This document shows, piece after piece, positions 1-10,651 of a DNA stretch of 64,000 nt. The notes under the pieces were generated by a model that saw nothing but the letters and a program-made list of their open reading frames with translations, ran no database searches and was not told the DNA's origin. Numbering within the stretch: the stretch's first letter is position 1; the number at the start of each line of letters is the position of its first letter. The stretch comes from Methanothrix sp. (GTDB lineage: Archaea > Halobacteriota > Methanosarcinia > Methanotrichales > Methanotrichaceae). The stretch is taken from positions 1,056,001 through 1,120,000 of the forward strand of contig OY821645.1 of the NCBI GenBank assembly GCA_963682135.1, read 5' to 3'. The translations under genes were made by a program, and so were the position numbers.

Positions 1-980
1 CGCAGAGGGTAAATGCCCGTCCCCTCTCTGCCTACATTTCCTGTGACCAGAGCGAGGTTGGCCAGGGCCTGAACGATGTCGGTCCCCTGAGCATGCTGGG
101 TGACACCCATGGCATAGACGATTGCCCCGCGCTTTGCTCCACCAAAGATCGATGCCGCCTTTTCAATATCTGCGGCGGCAATTCCCGAGATATCTTCTGC
201 CTTGTCGGCGGTGTAGGCTCTCGCCGCCTGCTGCGTCTCTTCGAATCCAACGGTACGCTCTTCGATGAATTGCCGGTCGATCAGGTCTTGCTCTACGATG
301 ATATTGAGGAGACTGTTGATCCAGACGACATCGGTTCCCGGCCGGGGTCTGAGCCAGAGGTCGGCCAGCTTTGCCAGGTGCGTTTCTCGTGGATCGGCAA
401 CAATTAGCTTTGCTCCTCTGGACCGGGCCCGGAGGATATAGGAGGCCACCAACGGATGCTGTTCGGTAGTGTTGGACCCGACAATCAGAATGGCGTCGGA
501 GTTCTCCAGACTGGAGATGCAGCCGGTCATAGCGCCGCTTCCCAAGGAAAATCCCAGGCCGGCAACCGTGGGAGCATGGCAGAGCCTGGCCACGTGGTCC
601 ACGTTGTTGGTCCCCAGCGCCCCGCGGCCCAGTTTCATGAGCAGATAGTTCTCCTCATTGGTTCCCTTGGCTGAGGTAAGAACGCCATAGGCCCGCGGTC
701 CGTACTCCTTCTGGATGCTTCGCAGGCTTGCCGCCGCCAGAGCGAGGGCTTCATCCCAGGTGGCTTTGATCATCTGGTCCCCTAGCCGCATCAGCGGATG
801 GACCAGCCGATCTGGATGGCCTACGAAATCGCCTGCCAGCCAGCCCTTGATGCACAAGCTGCCCTTCGACATAGGATGAGCGGGCGAGGGTGAGGCGCCC
901 ACGATCCGGCCAGCATCGATATGCAGGAATAGCCCGCAACCGCAGCCGCAATAAACACAGGTTGTATGAATTTTCTCCAT
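1..980 (-). CDS. fdhA: Formate dehydrogenase alpha subunit-like molybdopterin oxidoreductase (5' part; runs off the left edge)
   Basis: Manual translation from ATG at 980: MEKIHTTCVYCGCGCGL...KGSLCIKG...NEENYLLMKL...GTNNVDHVARLCHAPTVAGL...GNVGREGTGIYPLR. N-terminal 4Fe-4S motif; catalytic position is Cys (TGC). Absent from the ORF track because no stop lies in the window. Confidence 0.85.
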   Translation of the reverse strand, partial: MEKIHTTCVYCGCGCGLFLHIDAGRIVGASPSPAHPMSKGSLCIKGWLAGDFVGHPDRLVHPLMRLGDQMIKATWDEALALAAASLRSIQKEYGPRAYGVLTSAKGTNEENYLLMKLGRGALGTNNVDHVARLCHAPTVAGLGFSLGSGAMTGCISSLENSDAILIVGSNTTEQHPLVASYILRARSRGAKLIVADPRETHLAKLADLWLRPRPGTDVVWINSLLNIIVEQDLIDRQFIEERTVGFEETQQAARAYTADKAEDISGIAAADIEKAASIFGGAKRGAIVYAMGVTQHAQGTDIVQALANLALVTGNVGREGTGIYPL

Positions 981-1215
981 GAATTTCCAGGATAGATTTA
1001 TCCGGCAGGATATAACAACGTTTTGGCACACCGGGTACGGCCAAAAAAAAGCCAGCATGCCTCTTGTATTACCAAATCGAGCTTGAACAATAGTGTTGTT
1101 TCTCTTGGGGAGAACCAATTATCGCGATGTGATTATTCAACATTATTATTGTTGTTTATTAATTTGTTCTTGCATTCTGCATGTGATTGGCTTTGCAGAA
1201 ATTGGCGTGATGCCT

Positions 1216-1500
1216 TTAGAGCTTGATGTCACACAGACCGGGACGATCGCCGTTTGGAACCAGGAAGTAGACCTTTTCGTTAAGCTTGACCTCAACCTCG
1301 CTGCCTACCGGAGTAGCATCGTAATCATGGGTAACAAGGAAGAATGCCAGATCCTGGGAGTCAATGCCTCGGTCATCGAAGGAGGTAAGAAGATTCTTTA
1401 AACTGGAGATACTCTCCGTCTCGCCTGTTGCCATTACCGGATTCAAATAGACTGCAATTATGCAGATTGCCATCATTACCTTTAGCCATCTCATGATCAA
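1216..1500 (-). CDS. Small secreted hypothetical protein
   Basis: 94-aa ORF with hydrophobic signal-like N-terminus. Confidence 0.6.
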   Translation of the reverse strand: MIMRWLKVMMAICIIAVYLNPVMATGETESISSLKNLLTSFDDRGIDSQDLAFFLVTHDYDATPVGSEVEVKLNEKVYFLVPNGDRPGLCDIKL

Positions 1501-1800
1501 TCACATGGCATATACAGGATATATAGACGATTTAGAAAAGAGTATTTGCCCTAATACGTCCAGAGATGTTCAACTATGGTTATGGATTTGTCTGAAGAGA
1601 CAGATGGTAAGAGAAGGATTTGCGATCTCAGCATAATCGGCTACTATCGTATGATTGCACAGTTGGCGATATCCCAGATACCTCGCCTAATTTGAAAATG
1701 AGTTTGCAGTCTCATTGCCAAAGGTTTCATTTTCATTGATTTAAGAATGAAGTTGCGATGGACAGGAAGGCCTGGCCGTCCGGCTCAGGCACAGCCCCCA

Positions 1801-2532
1801 TCACCTCGGAAATCTCTCTTTTCCATTCCCCTGATTGCTCTTCCTTTTCGGTGAAACCCTGGCGGGCCGCATCTGCTGGCCGACGAGCGGTTGAAGATAG
1901 TCAAAGAACGGCTTCATGGCAGAGAATACCCTCAGGGCGTGGTCGGCGAAATTCTCCGCCAGCACCTGTTCATCGCTTAGCTGGTGGACGAGCGTGAATT
2001 GTTTGTGGCGCAGCAGATCGATTTGAGGATGGTCGGGGGCGTATCCTCGCGGCGCGCTCTTGAGACTCTCCCCGGAGATTTCGCCGAAATACCGGAGGAA
2101 TTCGGGCGCTTCGATCACCCTCTTTATCGGTGCGGGATCCTCGGCGATTGAAGCGCGGATGGCCTGCAGGTCTGCGGACGTAGGCATGTGCGCGCCGCCC
2201 GCCAGAAGCGAGCCGCCGGGCATGATGTGGATGTAGTAAGGCAGCCGCAGAGAGTGCCTGCCGCCGGGAGCGAGCACGGCGGAGAAGTGATCTTTGTAGG
2301 GTGGCTTGTTCTTGGCAAAGCGCATGTCGTTGTGGATGCGAAAGATGGCATCTTTGGCGGCGAGATCACCCAGGGGCTCGATGGCATCGAAGCGGAAGAT
2401 GAGGCCCTGGATGAAGTCCTCGAAGAGCGCTCTGGCTCCTTCGTACTCGGGGCGGTGGGCTGCAAACCACTCGTGGTTGTTGTTCTCACGAAGGCCGTGC
2501 AGGAAAGCGAAGATGGGCTGAAAGTCGGTCAT
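1801..2532 (-). CDS. DUF2461 / TIGR02453 family protein
   Basis: FLHGLRENNNHEWF, IFRIHNDMRFAKNKPPYK, LKSAPRGY...DLLRHK motifs; start placed at MTDFQ. Confidence 0.85.
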   Translation of the reverse strand: MTDFQPIFAFLHGLRENNNHEWFAAHRPEYEGARALFEDFIQGLIFRFDAIEPLGDLAAKDAIFRIHNDMRFAKNKPPYKDHFSAVLAPGGRHSLRLPYYIHIMPGGSLLAGGAHMPTSADLQAIRASIAEDPAPIKRVIEAPEFLRYFGEISGESLKSAPRGYAPDHPQIDLLRHKQFTLVHQLSDEQVLAENFADHALRVFSAMKPFFDYLQPLVGQQMRPARVSPKRKSNQGNGKERFPR

Positions 2533-2667
2533 GGGAATGAATAGGGTGGCAAGCTTTAGATAATTTTTTGCTTCATGGGGAAAGGCTGGGCGAAAAAGGA
2601 GAACGATCTTCAGACCTCCAATTGGCATCTAACCTGCTGGAAACCATGATCTTCCGGCCTATCTCAA

Positions 2668-4830
2668 TCAAGCCTCTTCTTGCAGCGATTTCATGTTACT
2701 CCTTATGATCTTTGTGTTAGGATGATCTTTTCCCAGGCGCTTTTCAAAAATTTTCAGCGCCCTCTCGATGCATCTTTTTGCGCCCTCGAGGTCTCCCTGA
2801 GCTTGCAGCACCGAGCCAAGGTTGTTTGCCATCGTGGCCACGCTGGTATGATCCGGCCCGAGGGCCTTCTCATCGATTGCCAGCGCCCTCTCGTAGCATC
2901 TTTTTGCGCCCGAAAGATCGCCCTGAGCTTTCAGCACCGAGCCGAGGTTGTTGACTCTTATGGCCACGCTGGTATGCTCCGGGCCGAGGGACTTCTCGTC
3001 GATTGTGAACGCCCTCTCGTAGCATCTTTTTGCGCCCTCGAGGTCGCCCTGAGCTTTCAGCACCAAGCCGAGGTTGTTTGCCATCGTGGCCACGCCGGTA
3101 TGCTCCGGCCCGAGGGCCTTCTCGTCGATTTCGAGCGCCCTCTCAAGTACGGATCTGGCTGAGGCAAGCTCCATTCGGTTGTTCAGATATCTTCCGAGGC
3201 TATTCAGGAGATTTGCGGTTTCAAGTGGTGAGATTTCCAGCTTTTCTGCATGCTCCGCTGCATAAAATGCGTGAGAGGAAAGCTTTGAGCACTTCGCCCA
3301 AGTTTCCTGGTCCAATTGATCAAAGGAGAATGCATCGTTTACCATCTTCAGTGCAGACTCAGCCCATAGCTTCTGTTCTTGCGGGCTCATTTTATCCTGA
3401 ACCACCGCCAGCACCAGCCTGTGAACGGAGATCATGCCATCCACCACATTGATCAGCGAATATCTGCTCAAAATGGCAATGCATTCATCGAGTTCAATGG
3501 CATTCTGCACGCAGGAGGCAAGAGGCTCCGGCAGGTGTCTTGCCCCACCTTCCAACATCGTCCTTGCAATGGCGTCCGGAGCCATAAATGCGCAGAGATT
3601 GAGTAGATCTCCTGCTACGGGCCGTTCTTTTTGCACTGCTTGAAAAGAAATCTCCCAGGTGGTGGCTACAGTATCAGGATAATTTAAGGGCTTGCCGTGC
3701 TTTAGCAACTTCTTCCGGTCTTTTCTAAACCGTTCCAGATAGTCTTGGAATGAGATCCCGGTATCCTTGATGTAGGCCCCGGCCTGCTCTAAAGCCAGAG
3801 GCAGGTCTCCCAGCTCTCTGGCGAGATAGGTCGCCTCATTTCTATCATTCTGCCCGGTCCTCCTGAGAAGAAATTCAACCGATTCATCCTGTTTTTCATC
3901 TCTCTGAAAGACGCCCACCTCCAGATTATTTGCCATGCCATCCCAGCCAGATAATCGAGAGGTTATTATTACTTGGCCGCTTCCTGCCACGGGGAGATAC
4001 CTCATCAAATCATCCGGCTTTTGGGCATTGTCAAATATAAGCAGCCAGCGGGAGTTGGTTTCACTTTCTAGCCATCGCTTCACTGCTTTTATAGTCTGGT
4101 CGGTATCCTTCAAGTCCCATCCCGGCAGCTTGAGGTCCTCGGCAATTCCAACATAGTCATCAAGAAGCGTTGCGGACTCTTCGGAGCGCAGCCACCAGAC
4201 ATACTTGAAGCCGTTTTCCTGTCTATGGGCGTGCTGCAATGCGATCTGAGTTTTGCCCATGCCACCGTTGCCCACCAGAGCGAAGATCGTGGGACGGGAG
4301 GCGGTTTGAATCAGTGGTTGTGCTAAAGCAGACAGGAATTTCTGGCGACCGGTGAAGTTGGGATTGGCGGGATGCAACTTGAATAAACTCTTGGGAGATT
4401 CCTTCTCAGAATTTGTTGTGTTTTTTATATCTTCCACATCATTATTTAAAAATCGTTCCCGCTTAAAAATTCTAATTATTTTATTTCTAATTAACCAGAG
4501 AAACAAGCCGGCCAAAATCGCTAAGATCGTAAGTAAGTTTGCACCATCGGAGAGAATCGAAGAGATATCTACTCCTTTGAATACATCTAAGAAAATTGTT
4601 CCAATATCTGCAGGGACGCTATTTGCTTGTACCTGGGATTCGTTTCCTGGAATTAAGCGATCATCATTGAATTGTGATTGAGATATACTATTATTACTAC
4701 TATTATTATCTGCTAATGAGTCGACAGTGAATATGAGAAGCAAAAGCGCAACTGATATGACCATCTTTGCGGTCAGTTTTGGGACCATCGTTTTAACTAA
4801 TTCACAATCTATCCACAAAAAGGTTTGCAT
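2668..4830 (-). CDS. NB-ARC/STAND-type ATPase with C-terminal 42-aa TPR repeats and N-terminal signal/TM segments
   Basis: NPNFTGR, Walker A GNGGMGKT, WLLIFDNA, IITSR, GDLPLALEQAGAYI, VHRLV; kinesin-light-chain-like TPRs. Confidence 0.9.
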   Translation of the reverse strand: MQTFLWIDCELVKTMVPKLTAKMVISVALLLLIFTVDSLADNNSSNNSISQSQFNDDRLIPGNESQVQANSVPADIGTIFLDVFKGVDISSILSDGANLLTILAILAGLFLWLIRNKIIRIFKRERFLNNDVEDIKNTTNSEKESPKSLFKLHPANPNFTGRQKFLSALAQPLIQTASRPTIFALVGNGGMGKTQIALQHAHRQENGFKYVWWLRSEESATLLDDYVGIAEDLKLPGWDLKDTDQTIKAVKRWLESETNSRWLLIFDNAQKPDDLMRYLPVAGSGQVIITSRLSGWDGMANNLEVGVFQRDEKQDESVEFLLRRTGQNDRNEATYLARELGDLPLALEQAGAYIKDTGISFQDYLERFRKDRKKLLKHGKPLNYPDTVATTWEISFQAVQKERPVAGDLLNLCAFMAPDAIARTMLEGGARHLPEPLASCVQNAIELDECIAILSRYSLINVVDGMISVHRLVLAVVQDKMSPQEQKLWAESALKMVNDAFSFDQLDQETWAKCSKLSSHAFYAAEHAEKLEISPLETANLLNSLGRYLNNRMELASARSVLERALEIDEKALGPEHTGVATMANNLGLVLKAQGDLEGAKRCYERAFTIDEKSLGPEHTSVAIRVNNLGSVLKAQGDLSGAKRCYERALAIDEKALGPDHTSVATMANNLGSVLQAQGDLEGAKRCIERALKIFEKRLGKDHPNTKIIRSNMKSLQEEA
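2750..3140 (-). repeat. About three tandem 126-bp TPR-coding repeats
   Basis: Recurring gccctctcgtagcatctttttgcgccc...ccctgagctttcagcacc.agccgaggttgtt at ~126-bp spacing. Confidence 0.85.
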
Positions 4831-4986
4831 CCCCTAATGAGTCATCGTTTGATGCAGGAAGTCTCGATCAGAAATTGTCCATCTCATCGGTCTTCGTAGC
4901 TTCTCGCCTTCGAGTGATACTGCGGATCTCACGCGAAGCCAGCAACCATGATCGATGCCCTCAAACGCTATCGAAAAGGAATAGAT

Positions 4987-5148
4987 TCACTCGGGAAATA
5001 GCCGCTTGAGACGATCGAAGATCTCGTCGTGCCTTTCTTTGTTTATTACCCAGACGATTTTGCCGTGGATGTCAGTGGCTCCCCCATACGGCATCTGGTT
5101 TTTGTTTGGATCGTAGTATTGCCCCACTACATCTTCTTCCGTTTCCAT
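4987..5148 (-). CDS. Small hypothetical protein (53 aa)
   Basis: METEEDVVGQYYDPNKNQMPYGGATDIHGKIVWVINKERHDEIFDRLKRLFPE, read manually; below the track cutoff. Confidence 0.45.
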   Translation of the reverse strand: METEEDVVGQYYDPNKNQMPYGGATDIHGKIVWVINKERHDEIFDRLKRLFPE

Positions 5149-5177
5149 CTTGACATCCTGTTAGGATTTATCTTTCT

Positions 5178-6830
5178 TTAAAAGTCAAACAGCGACTTCT
5201 GCTTCCTCGCAGCCGGCTTGGCCTCCGCCTTCCCCTCGCTCTCTACCTTCTTGGGCCTGCCCCTCTTGCGGCCCTCGGGCTTGGCTGCACTCCCCAGCTG
5301 GCGATCAGCAGCTTCCATCGTTTCCTCCGGCTGTGGCCCGACCGGCGGTGCTGCCTCCTCTCTGATCGACTCTGCCTGCACAGCACTCACATTTTCGGCG
5401 CTTGCTTGCACAGCCCCAGCCACGCCCGCGCCCACCTGCACTGCGTCCGCCTCCGCCTGCTCGGCCTGCGTCTGTGCAGACACCGCCCTCGTCAGCGCGG
5501 GCGCGAGCGGCTGCTGCGCCCTGTCCGTCCAGCCCAGCTCGATCTCCTCGAACTCCTCAGCCGCCCGCATCTTCATCGCTTCCTCGAAGATGTTCTGCAC
5601 CTTCTTGGTGGAGGAGGTGCTGCCCAAAAGAAGCGCTATCTCATCCGCATCCAATTGCAGCTCTGCCGCCAGGGGAACTGCTTTTTTCTTGTCGGCCAGG
5701 AGAAGCCCCACAAAGCCCATCAGCTCCGCCCGCACAAATGCCGCGGAGACGTGGCAATGCTTGCCGATCTTCTTTGCCGCAGAATCTCGAACGTTGCGCG
5801 CCTTCTTGGTCTGGCCCATGCGCCGCCAGCGGCTGGGAGGCCGGAAGGCCACGTAGCCGTGCCTGGCTGCGGCCTTGGCTGCCTGCACGCCGCCGGTCAT
5901 GAGAAAACCGGCATAGCGCCACAATCCGTAGTTCTGCCTGATGCGAACGCGCCCTAAGAATACATCCGCCCGCGCCAGCTGCTCATAACCCTGGCAGAGG
6001 TCTTCGTCCTTGTAGGCCAGCGGCAGATTCTCGTCCACCCAGTTGATGAGATCCTCCGGGCTCTCATCCAGTGCGTAAGAGGCCTGCAAAGCTTCCTGGG
6101 CGCTATTGCCTTTGAAGATGACCTCCAAAACCTTGAAGATGGACGACTTGACATCTCGCTCCGCCGTGGCCACATCCACCAACGCCAGGGCCGTCTGACC
6201 CTGGGCGGCAGCCTGCAGATCATTCACCCCGGAGCGCATATCTCCTCCGGCGCGCTCGGCAATCATCATCAACGCATCAGGATCGCATTCAACACCTTCC
6301 GTCCGGCAGATCTCCCGCAGAGCCTGAGCGATGGTGGTGGAGCGCACGGAGCGAAACTGTATGCCCTTGGCCGCATCCCGCAAGGGCTTTTCCATATCAT
6401 AATACTCGTTGGCAATGAGGAGAACGGGCTGACGGGTATCTTTGACCAGACGCAGCATGGCCGAGGCTCCCCCCCGGTCGGCTGTGCCGTGCAAATTGTC
6501 CGCCTCGTCCAAAATGACCAGCCGCGGCTTGCCAGAGAATGTCATGGAGCGCGAGGCCGGCCCGGCAATCTTCTGGATCATGCCTGCCGTGCGCGCATCT
6601 GAGGCATTCATCTCGATGTAGTCCCAGTCAAATTCCCGTGCCAGGGCCAAGGCTGCGGAGGTCTTGCCCGTACCAGCAGGTCCGTAGAGGATGACGGCCC
6701 CGGTGATGGGCGCTCCCTTCTCCCAGGACGCCGCCCAGGCCCTCAATTCCTCTATGGCCTTGCCGTTTCCTAAAACCTGTTTAAGCGTATCAGGCCGGTA
6801 CTTCTCAGTCCACTTCACAGCGGGGGGCAT
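5178..6830 (-). CDS. rfcL: Replication factor C large subunit
   Basis: WTEKYRP, GPAGTGKT, EMNASD, LDEAD; C-terminal PIP box QKSLFDF. Confidence 0.95.
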   Translation of the reverse strand: MPPAVKWTEKYRPDTLKQVLGNGKAIEELRAWAASWEKGAPITGAVILYGPAGTGKTSAALALAREFDWDYIEMNASDARTAGMIQKIAGPASRSMTFSGKPRLVILDEADNLHGTADRGGASAMLRLVKDTRQPVLLIANEYYDMEKPLRDAAKGIQFRSVRSTTIAQALREICRTEGVECDPDALMMIAERAGGDMRSGVNDLQAAAQGQTALALVDVATAERDVKSSIFKVLEVIFKGNSAQEALQASYALDESPEDLINWVDENLPLAYKDEDLCQGYEQLARADVFLGRVRIRQNYGLWRYAGFLMTGGVQAAKAAARHGYVAFRPPSRWRRMGQTKKARNVRDSAAKKIGKHCHVSAAFVRAELMGFVGLLLADKKKAVPLAAELQLDADEIALLLGSTSSTKKVQNIFEEAMKMRAAEEFEEIELGWTDRAQQPLAPALTRAVSAQTQAEQAEADAVQVGAGVAGAVQASAENVSAVQAESIREEAAPPVGPQPEETMEAADRQLGSAAKPEGRKRGRPKKVESEGKAEAKPAARKQKSLFDF

Positions 6831-6887
6831 TTTACCTCAGACCGAAAAACTCAGAGCGACACCAGAACACTGGAGACCGACAGCGCC

Positions 6888-7316
6888 TTACCAGACGCCC
6901 TCTCTGCCGGTCATTTCCTCAATCTCGATCTCCCAGATGGTCATGGGCATCCTTTCCAGCTCCTCGCGGGAGAACTTCTTGCCGCCATGCCCGCCCTGAC
7001 CCTTCTTGGTGAAAGCGTCAAACATCTTCTGCTTGGCCTCAACGCTATCCGACAATCGGCTGACGCCGGAGACGATGACGCTCGACCATCTCTCCTTTTC
7101 CAAAACATCTATCTGAAAACAGACTCGGGGATTATCTGTGGCATACTCGACCTTCTTTCCCATACCTTTGGAGTGCAGGTAGATCCTGCCCTCTTGATAG
7201 ACATAGGACATGGGAACGACATAAGGCCGATCGTCTTTGGACAGAGCCAGCCGGCCGTATCGAGCTGTAGAAAGAAGACTCGTGCACTCATCTTGAGATA
7301 GATCCCTGGGCTTCAT
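6888..7316 (-). CDS. Pyridoxamine 5'-phosphate oxidase / NimA-like flavin-binding protein
   Basis: YGRLAL...PYVVPMSY...G.K...NPRVCF...WSSVIV. Confidence 0.85.
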   Translation of the reverse strand: MKPRDLSQDECTSLLSTARYGRLALSKDDRPYVVPMSYVYQEGRIYLHSKGMGKKVEYATDNPRVCFQIDVLEKERWSSVIVSGVSRLSDSVEAKQKMFDAFTKKGQGGHGGKKFSREELERMPMTIWEIEIEEMTGREGVW

Positions 7317-7372
7317 AGCCGCAAAATTAGTCTATCATGCATTTTTAGTTTTTGCCTTCCGAAAATCGCCCC

Positions 7373-7615
7373 TCACGACCGGCCCGAAAAGAAAGCGCCC
7401 GCAATTAGCAGGACCATGCCTAAAGCAATCATGGGAACGCCCGGAAAAGCCGTCTCCACCTGAAACTTGGTGGCCCCTGCCTCCGCGCCTATCAGCTTGA
7501 AGCTCTCGCCTTGCAGCTCTCCGCCCTGGCTCTCCATCACCTGCACTCCCACCAGAGCGATTCCGGTGAGAATCACCAGCACCCCCATTACTGCAGCTAA
7601 ATTCACGTTAACCAT
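7373..7615 (-). CDS. Small two-TM membrane protein
   Basis: 80 aa with two hydrophobic segments. Confidence 0.6.
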   Translation of the reverse strand: MVNVNLAAVMGVLVILTGIALVGVQVMESQGGELQGESFKLIGAEAGATKFQVETAFPGVPMIALGMVLLIAGAFFSGRS

Positions 7616-7737
7616 TGTAGATCCCCTTCACAGTAAAATATTTAGCGCTATAGATATAATGCTTTGCCTACTATTATCGCATATCAACCCCGGTCCCGCC
7701 AAAAAGGTTTTACCTTGGCAGCGTCTTTCAACAGGGA

Positions 7738-9222
7738 ATGTTCAATAAGATCCTGATCGCCAACCGGGGAGAGATCGCCATCCGGGTGATGCGCGCCTGC
7801 CGGGAGCTGGGCATCTCGACAGTGGCCGTCTACTCCGAAGCGGACAAGAACGCCCTTTTCGCCAAATACGCAGACGAAGCAGTCTTCATCGGGCCGGCCC
7901 CCTCCCGCCAGAGTTACTTGAGGATAGACAATATCATTAAAGCCGCGCTTGATACCGGAGCTCAGGCCATCCATCCCGGATATGGCTTTCTTTCAGAAAA
8001 TACGCACTTCGCTGCTGCCTGCGTGGAGAACGGCATCGTCTTCATAGGCCCTCCGTCCTCGTCTATCGATGCCATGGGCTCCAAGATCACTGCCCGCCAG
8101 ACCATGAAAGAAGCGGGCGTGCCAATTGTGCCCGGCATCGAGGAGGGCATCAGCGATCCGGATGAAGCCGTTGATATCGCTGATAAGATTGGCTATCCCA
8201 TTATCCTCAAGCCGGCAGCGGGAGGCGGAGGAATCGGCATGAAGATCGTGCAGAGTCGCGAGGAGCTCTTGCCTGCTTTAACCTCTTCTCAGTCCGTAGC
8301 CAGGAGCGCCTTTGGTGATGACACCATCTACATCGAAAAATACCTGACAGAACCCAGACACATCGAGTTTCAGATCCTGGCCGACAATCATGGAAAGACC
8401 ATCTATGTCTCAGACCGGGAATGCTCCATCCAGCGCCGCCATCAAAAGCTGATTGAGGAGTCCCCTTCGCCCGTTATGACCGAGGAGCTGCGCGAGAGGA
8501 TGGGCTCCATCGCCGTTAAAGCTGCCAAAGCTATCGGCTATTCCAGTGCCGGCACAGTGGAGTTCATGTACTCGCGCGGCGACTTCTATTTCCTGGAGAT
8601 GAATACCAGGCTGCAAGTAGAGCACCCCATCACTGAGATGGTAACCGGCGTGGACCTGGCCAAAGAGCAGATCTTGGTGGCGGCGGGCTATCCTTTGGGA
8701 TATGATCAGTGCGACATGAAGATCAACGGCTGGGCTATCGAATGCCGCATAAATGCAGAGGACCCGCTAAACGATTTTGCTCCCTGTCCGGGAAAGATCA
8801 AGCGCTACCGCAGCCCGGGCGGTCCGGGCATAAGAGTGGACAGCGGAGTTTATACCGGCTATGTCATCCCCCCCTACTACGATTCTCTGATCTCCAAGCT
8901 GGTGGCCCACGGCAAAGACCGCAAAGAGGCCATCGCCCGAATGGAGCGCGCCCTCTTTGAGTACATTATTGTGGGTGTTAAAACCAATCTGATATTCCAC
9001 AAAGCAGTTCTCAGAAATAAGAGGTTTCGCAGCGGAGACATAAACACTCACTTCATCAAGGATGAGAATATCGTCGAGGCCGTCAAGGTTGTGGCAGATG
9101 AGGATTATGAGAAGGGCAAGTCTCTGGCTTCTGCTCTGGGTGCAGACAGCCGTCAGATCGCTGCTATCGCTGCGGCCGTGGGGTCCTACCTCAGCCAGAA
9201 CCGTTCCGAGGAGAAGAGCTGA
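7738..9222 (+). CDS. pycA: Biotin carboxylase (pyruvate carboxylase subunit A type)
   Basis: [49 protein letters not shown]; followed by biotin ligase. Confidence 0.9.
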   Translation: MFNKILIANRGEIAIRVMRACRELGISTVAVYSEADKNALFAKYADEAVFIGPAPSRQSYLRIDNIIKAALDTGAQAIHPGYGFLSENTHFAAACVENGIVFIGPPSSSIDAMGSKITARQTMKEAGVPIVPGIEEGISDPDEAVDIADKIGYPIILKPAAGGGGIGMKIVQSREELLPALTSSQSVARSAFGDDTIYIEKYLTEPRHIEFQILADNHGKTIYVSDRECSIQRRHQKLIEESPSPVMTEELRERMGSIAVKAAKAIGYSSAGTVEFMYSRGDFYFLEMNTRLQVEHPITEMVTGVDLAKEQILVAAGYPLGYDQCDMKINGWAIECRINAEDPLNDFAPCPGKIKRYRSPGGPGIRVDSGVYTGYVIPPYYDSLISKLVAHGKDRKEAIARMERALFEYIIVGVKTNLIFHKAVLRNKRFRSGDINTHFIKDENIVEAVKVVADEDYEKGKSLASALGADSRQIAAIAAAVGSYLSQNRSEEKS

Positions 9223-9224
9223 AG

Positions 9225-10202
9225 TTGGCAGCTATCGAGGTCCTCTCATTCTTGACCTCAGGGGAGTGGGTATCCGGTGAAGAGATAGCCAAGAAGCTTG
9301 CCATCTCCCGTGCCGCCGTCTGCAAGCAGGTCCAAACTCTTCGCCAGAGGGGATACGAAATCTCCTCCTCTACCGGGAAGGGCTATCGATTGGACAAAAA
9401 AATCGATTTCTTAGATGCGGATCGCTTCTCTTGCAGCCTCAAGACAAAGTGGCTGGGAAGAGATATGCGCATCTATGACGAGGTCAGCTCCACCAATGCT
9501 GCCGCCTTAGCCGGGGTCCACGACTGTCCCAATGGCACTGTCATCCTGGCCGAGACCCAGACACAGGGCAGGGGAAGGCTCTCTCGACAATGGGCTTCGC
9601 CTCCCGGCGGAATCTGGATGAGTCTCGTCCTGAAGCCGGCAATGCCGCTCAATCATGTCTACCAGATAAACATGGCTGTGAGCGTCGCGCTCTGCCGGGC
9701 CCTCTCCTCTCAGTTCGGCCTGGATGCCGGCATCAAGTGGCCCAACGACCTTTTGATCCGGGAGCTGAAGATCTGCGGAATACTCATGGAGATAGGAGCA
9801 CAGGTGGACCGGCTGGACTATGCCGTGGTGGGATTGGGCCTGAATGCTAACAATGATATATCCCAATTTCCTGCTGAGTGGAGATCAACCACTCTGGCGA
9901 CACAGCTGGGCCACGACATCGACCGATGCGATCTTATCTGCAGAATTCTTGAGGAGATGGAAGTGGCATACGAAAATATGGGAGGCATTGAGATCTTTGA
10001 AGAATGGCGCAGCCGGTCGCTCACCCTGAATAAGCAGGTGCGTATTACCTCTGCGGCTGGCGACCTGGCAGGCGAAGCCGTGGACCTGGCAGAGGACGGT
10101 GCTCTTATCCTCCAAATAGGAGATGAGCAAAAAAGAGTACTGGCTGGAGACTGCATTCATCTGCGAGCCGCTCCGGCTGGGGCGACTGTGGGAGAACGAT
10201 GA
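9225..10202 (+). CDS. birA: Biotin-protein ligase with N-terminal HTH
   Basis: SGEEIA...SRAAV, STN, QTQGRGR..RQWASP, IKWPNDL, KICGIL. Confidence 0.93.
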   Translation: MAAIEVLSFLTSGEWVSGEEIAKKLAISRAAVCKQVQTLRQRGYEISSSTGKGYRLDKKIDFLDADRFSCSLKTKWLGRDMRIYDEVSSTNAAALAGVHDCPNGTVILAETQTQGRGRLSRQWASPPGGIWMSLVLKPAMPLNHVYQINMAVSVALCRALSSQFGLDAGIKWPNDLLIRELKICGILMEIGAQVDRLDYAVVGLGLNANNDISQFPAEWRSTTLATQLGHDIDRCDLICRILEEMEVAYENMGGIEIFEEWRSRSLTLNKQVRITSAAGDLAGEAVDLAEDGALILQIGDEQKRVLAGDCIHLRAAPAGATVGER

Positions 10203-10651
10203 GGCCGAGAAAGGTGCGCGGCATAGCCAGGGATACGCTGCGATTTATCTTGGAGGCGTCCCGCTCCTCTCTGCCCATGGAGTTCGCGGGGCTGCTTCAG
10301 GTTGATGAGGAGATCATCACCGAGGTCCTCATACTGCCCGGCACGGAAAGCTCCCGGATGAGTGCTCTGGTTCGGCTTTACATGCTGCCCAACATGGCTG
10401 TGGCTGGCTCAGCGCATAGCCATCCTTCCGGAGACCTCCGGCCATCTGAGCCGGACCTCATCTTTTTCTCACGTACCGGGGACTTCAACATCATAGTCGG
10501 TCCGCCTTTTGATGAGCAGAGCTTCGTTTGTTACGACGGTGCAGGAAGGCGGCGCGATCTGGCAATTTTAGATGTTGAGTTTAAGGATAGTGGCTTTGAT
10601 GAGGACTTTGAAGATGAATTTGATGATGAATTTAAAGAGGACAAGCCTTGA
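10199..10651 (+). CDS. JAB/MPN (JAMM) domain protein with acidic tail
   Basis: E...HSHPSGDLRPSEPD JAMM motif. Confidence 0.85.
   Translation: MRPRKVRGIARDTLRFILEASRSSLPMEFAGLLQVDEEIITEVLILPGTESSRMSALVRLYMLPNMAVAGSAHSHPSGDLRPSEPDLIFFSRTGDFNIIVGPPFDEQSFVCYDGAGRRRDLAILDVEFKDSGFDEDFEDEFDDEFKEDKP

Noticed and set aside
1-980. Selenocysteine or frameshift in fdhA
   Set aside because: Manual translation is open throughout and the catalytic codon is TGC.
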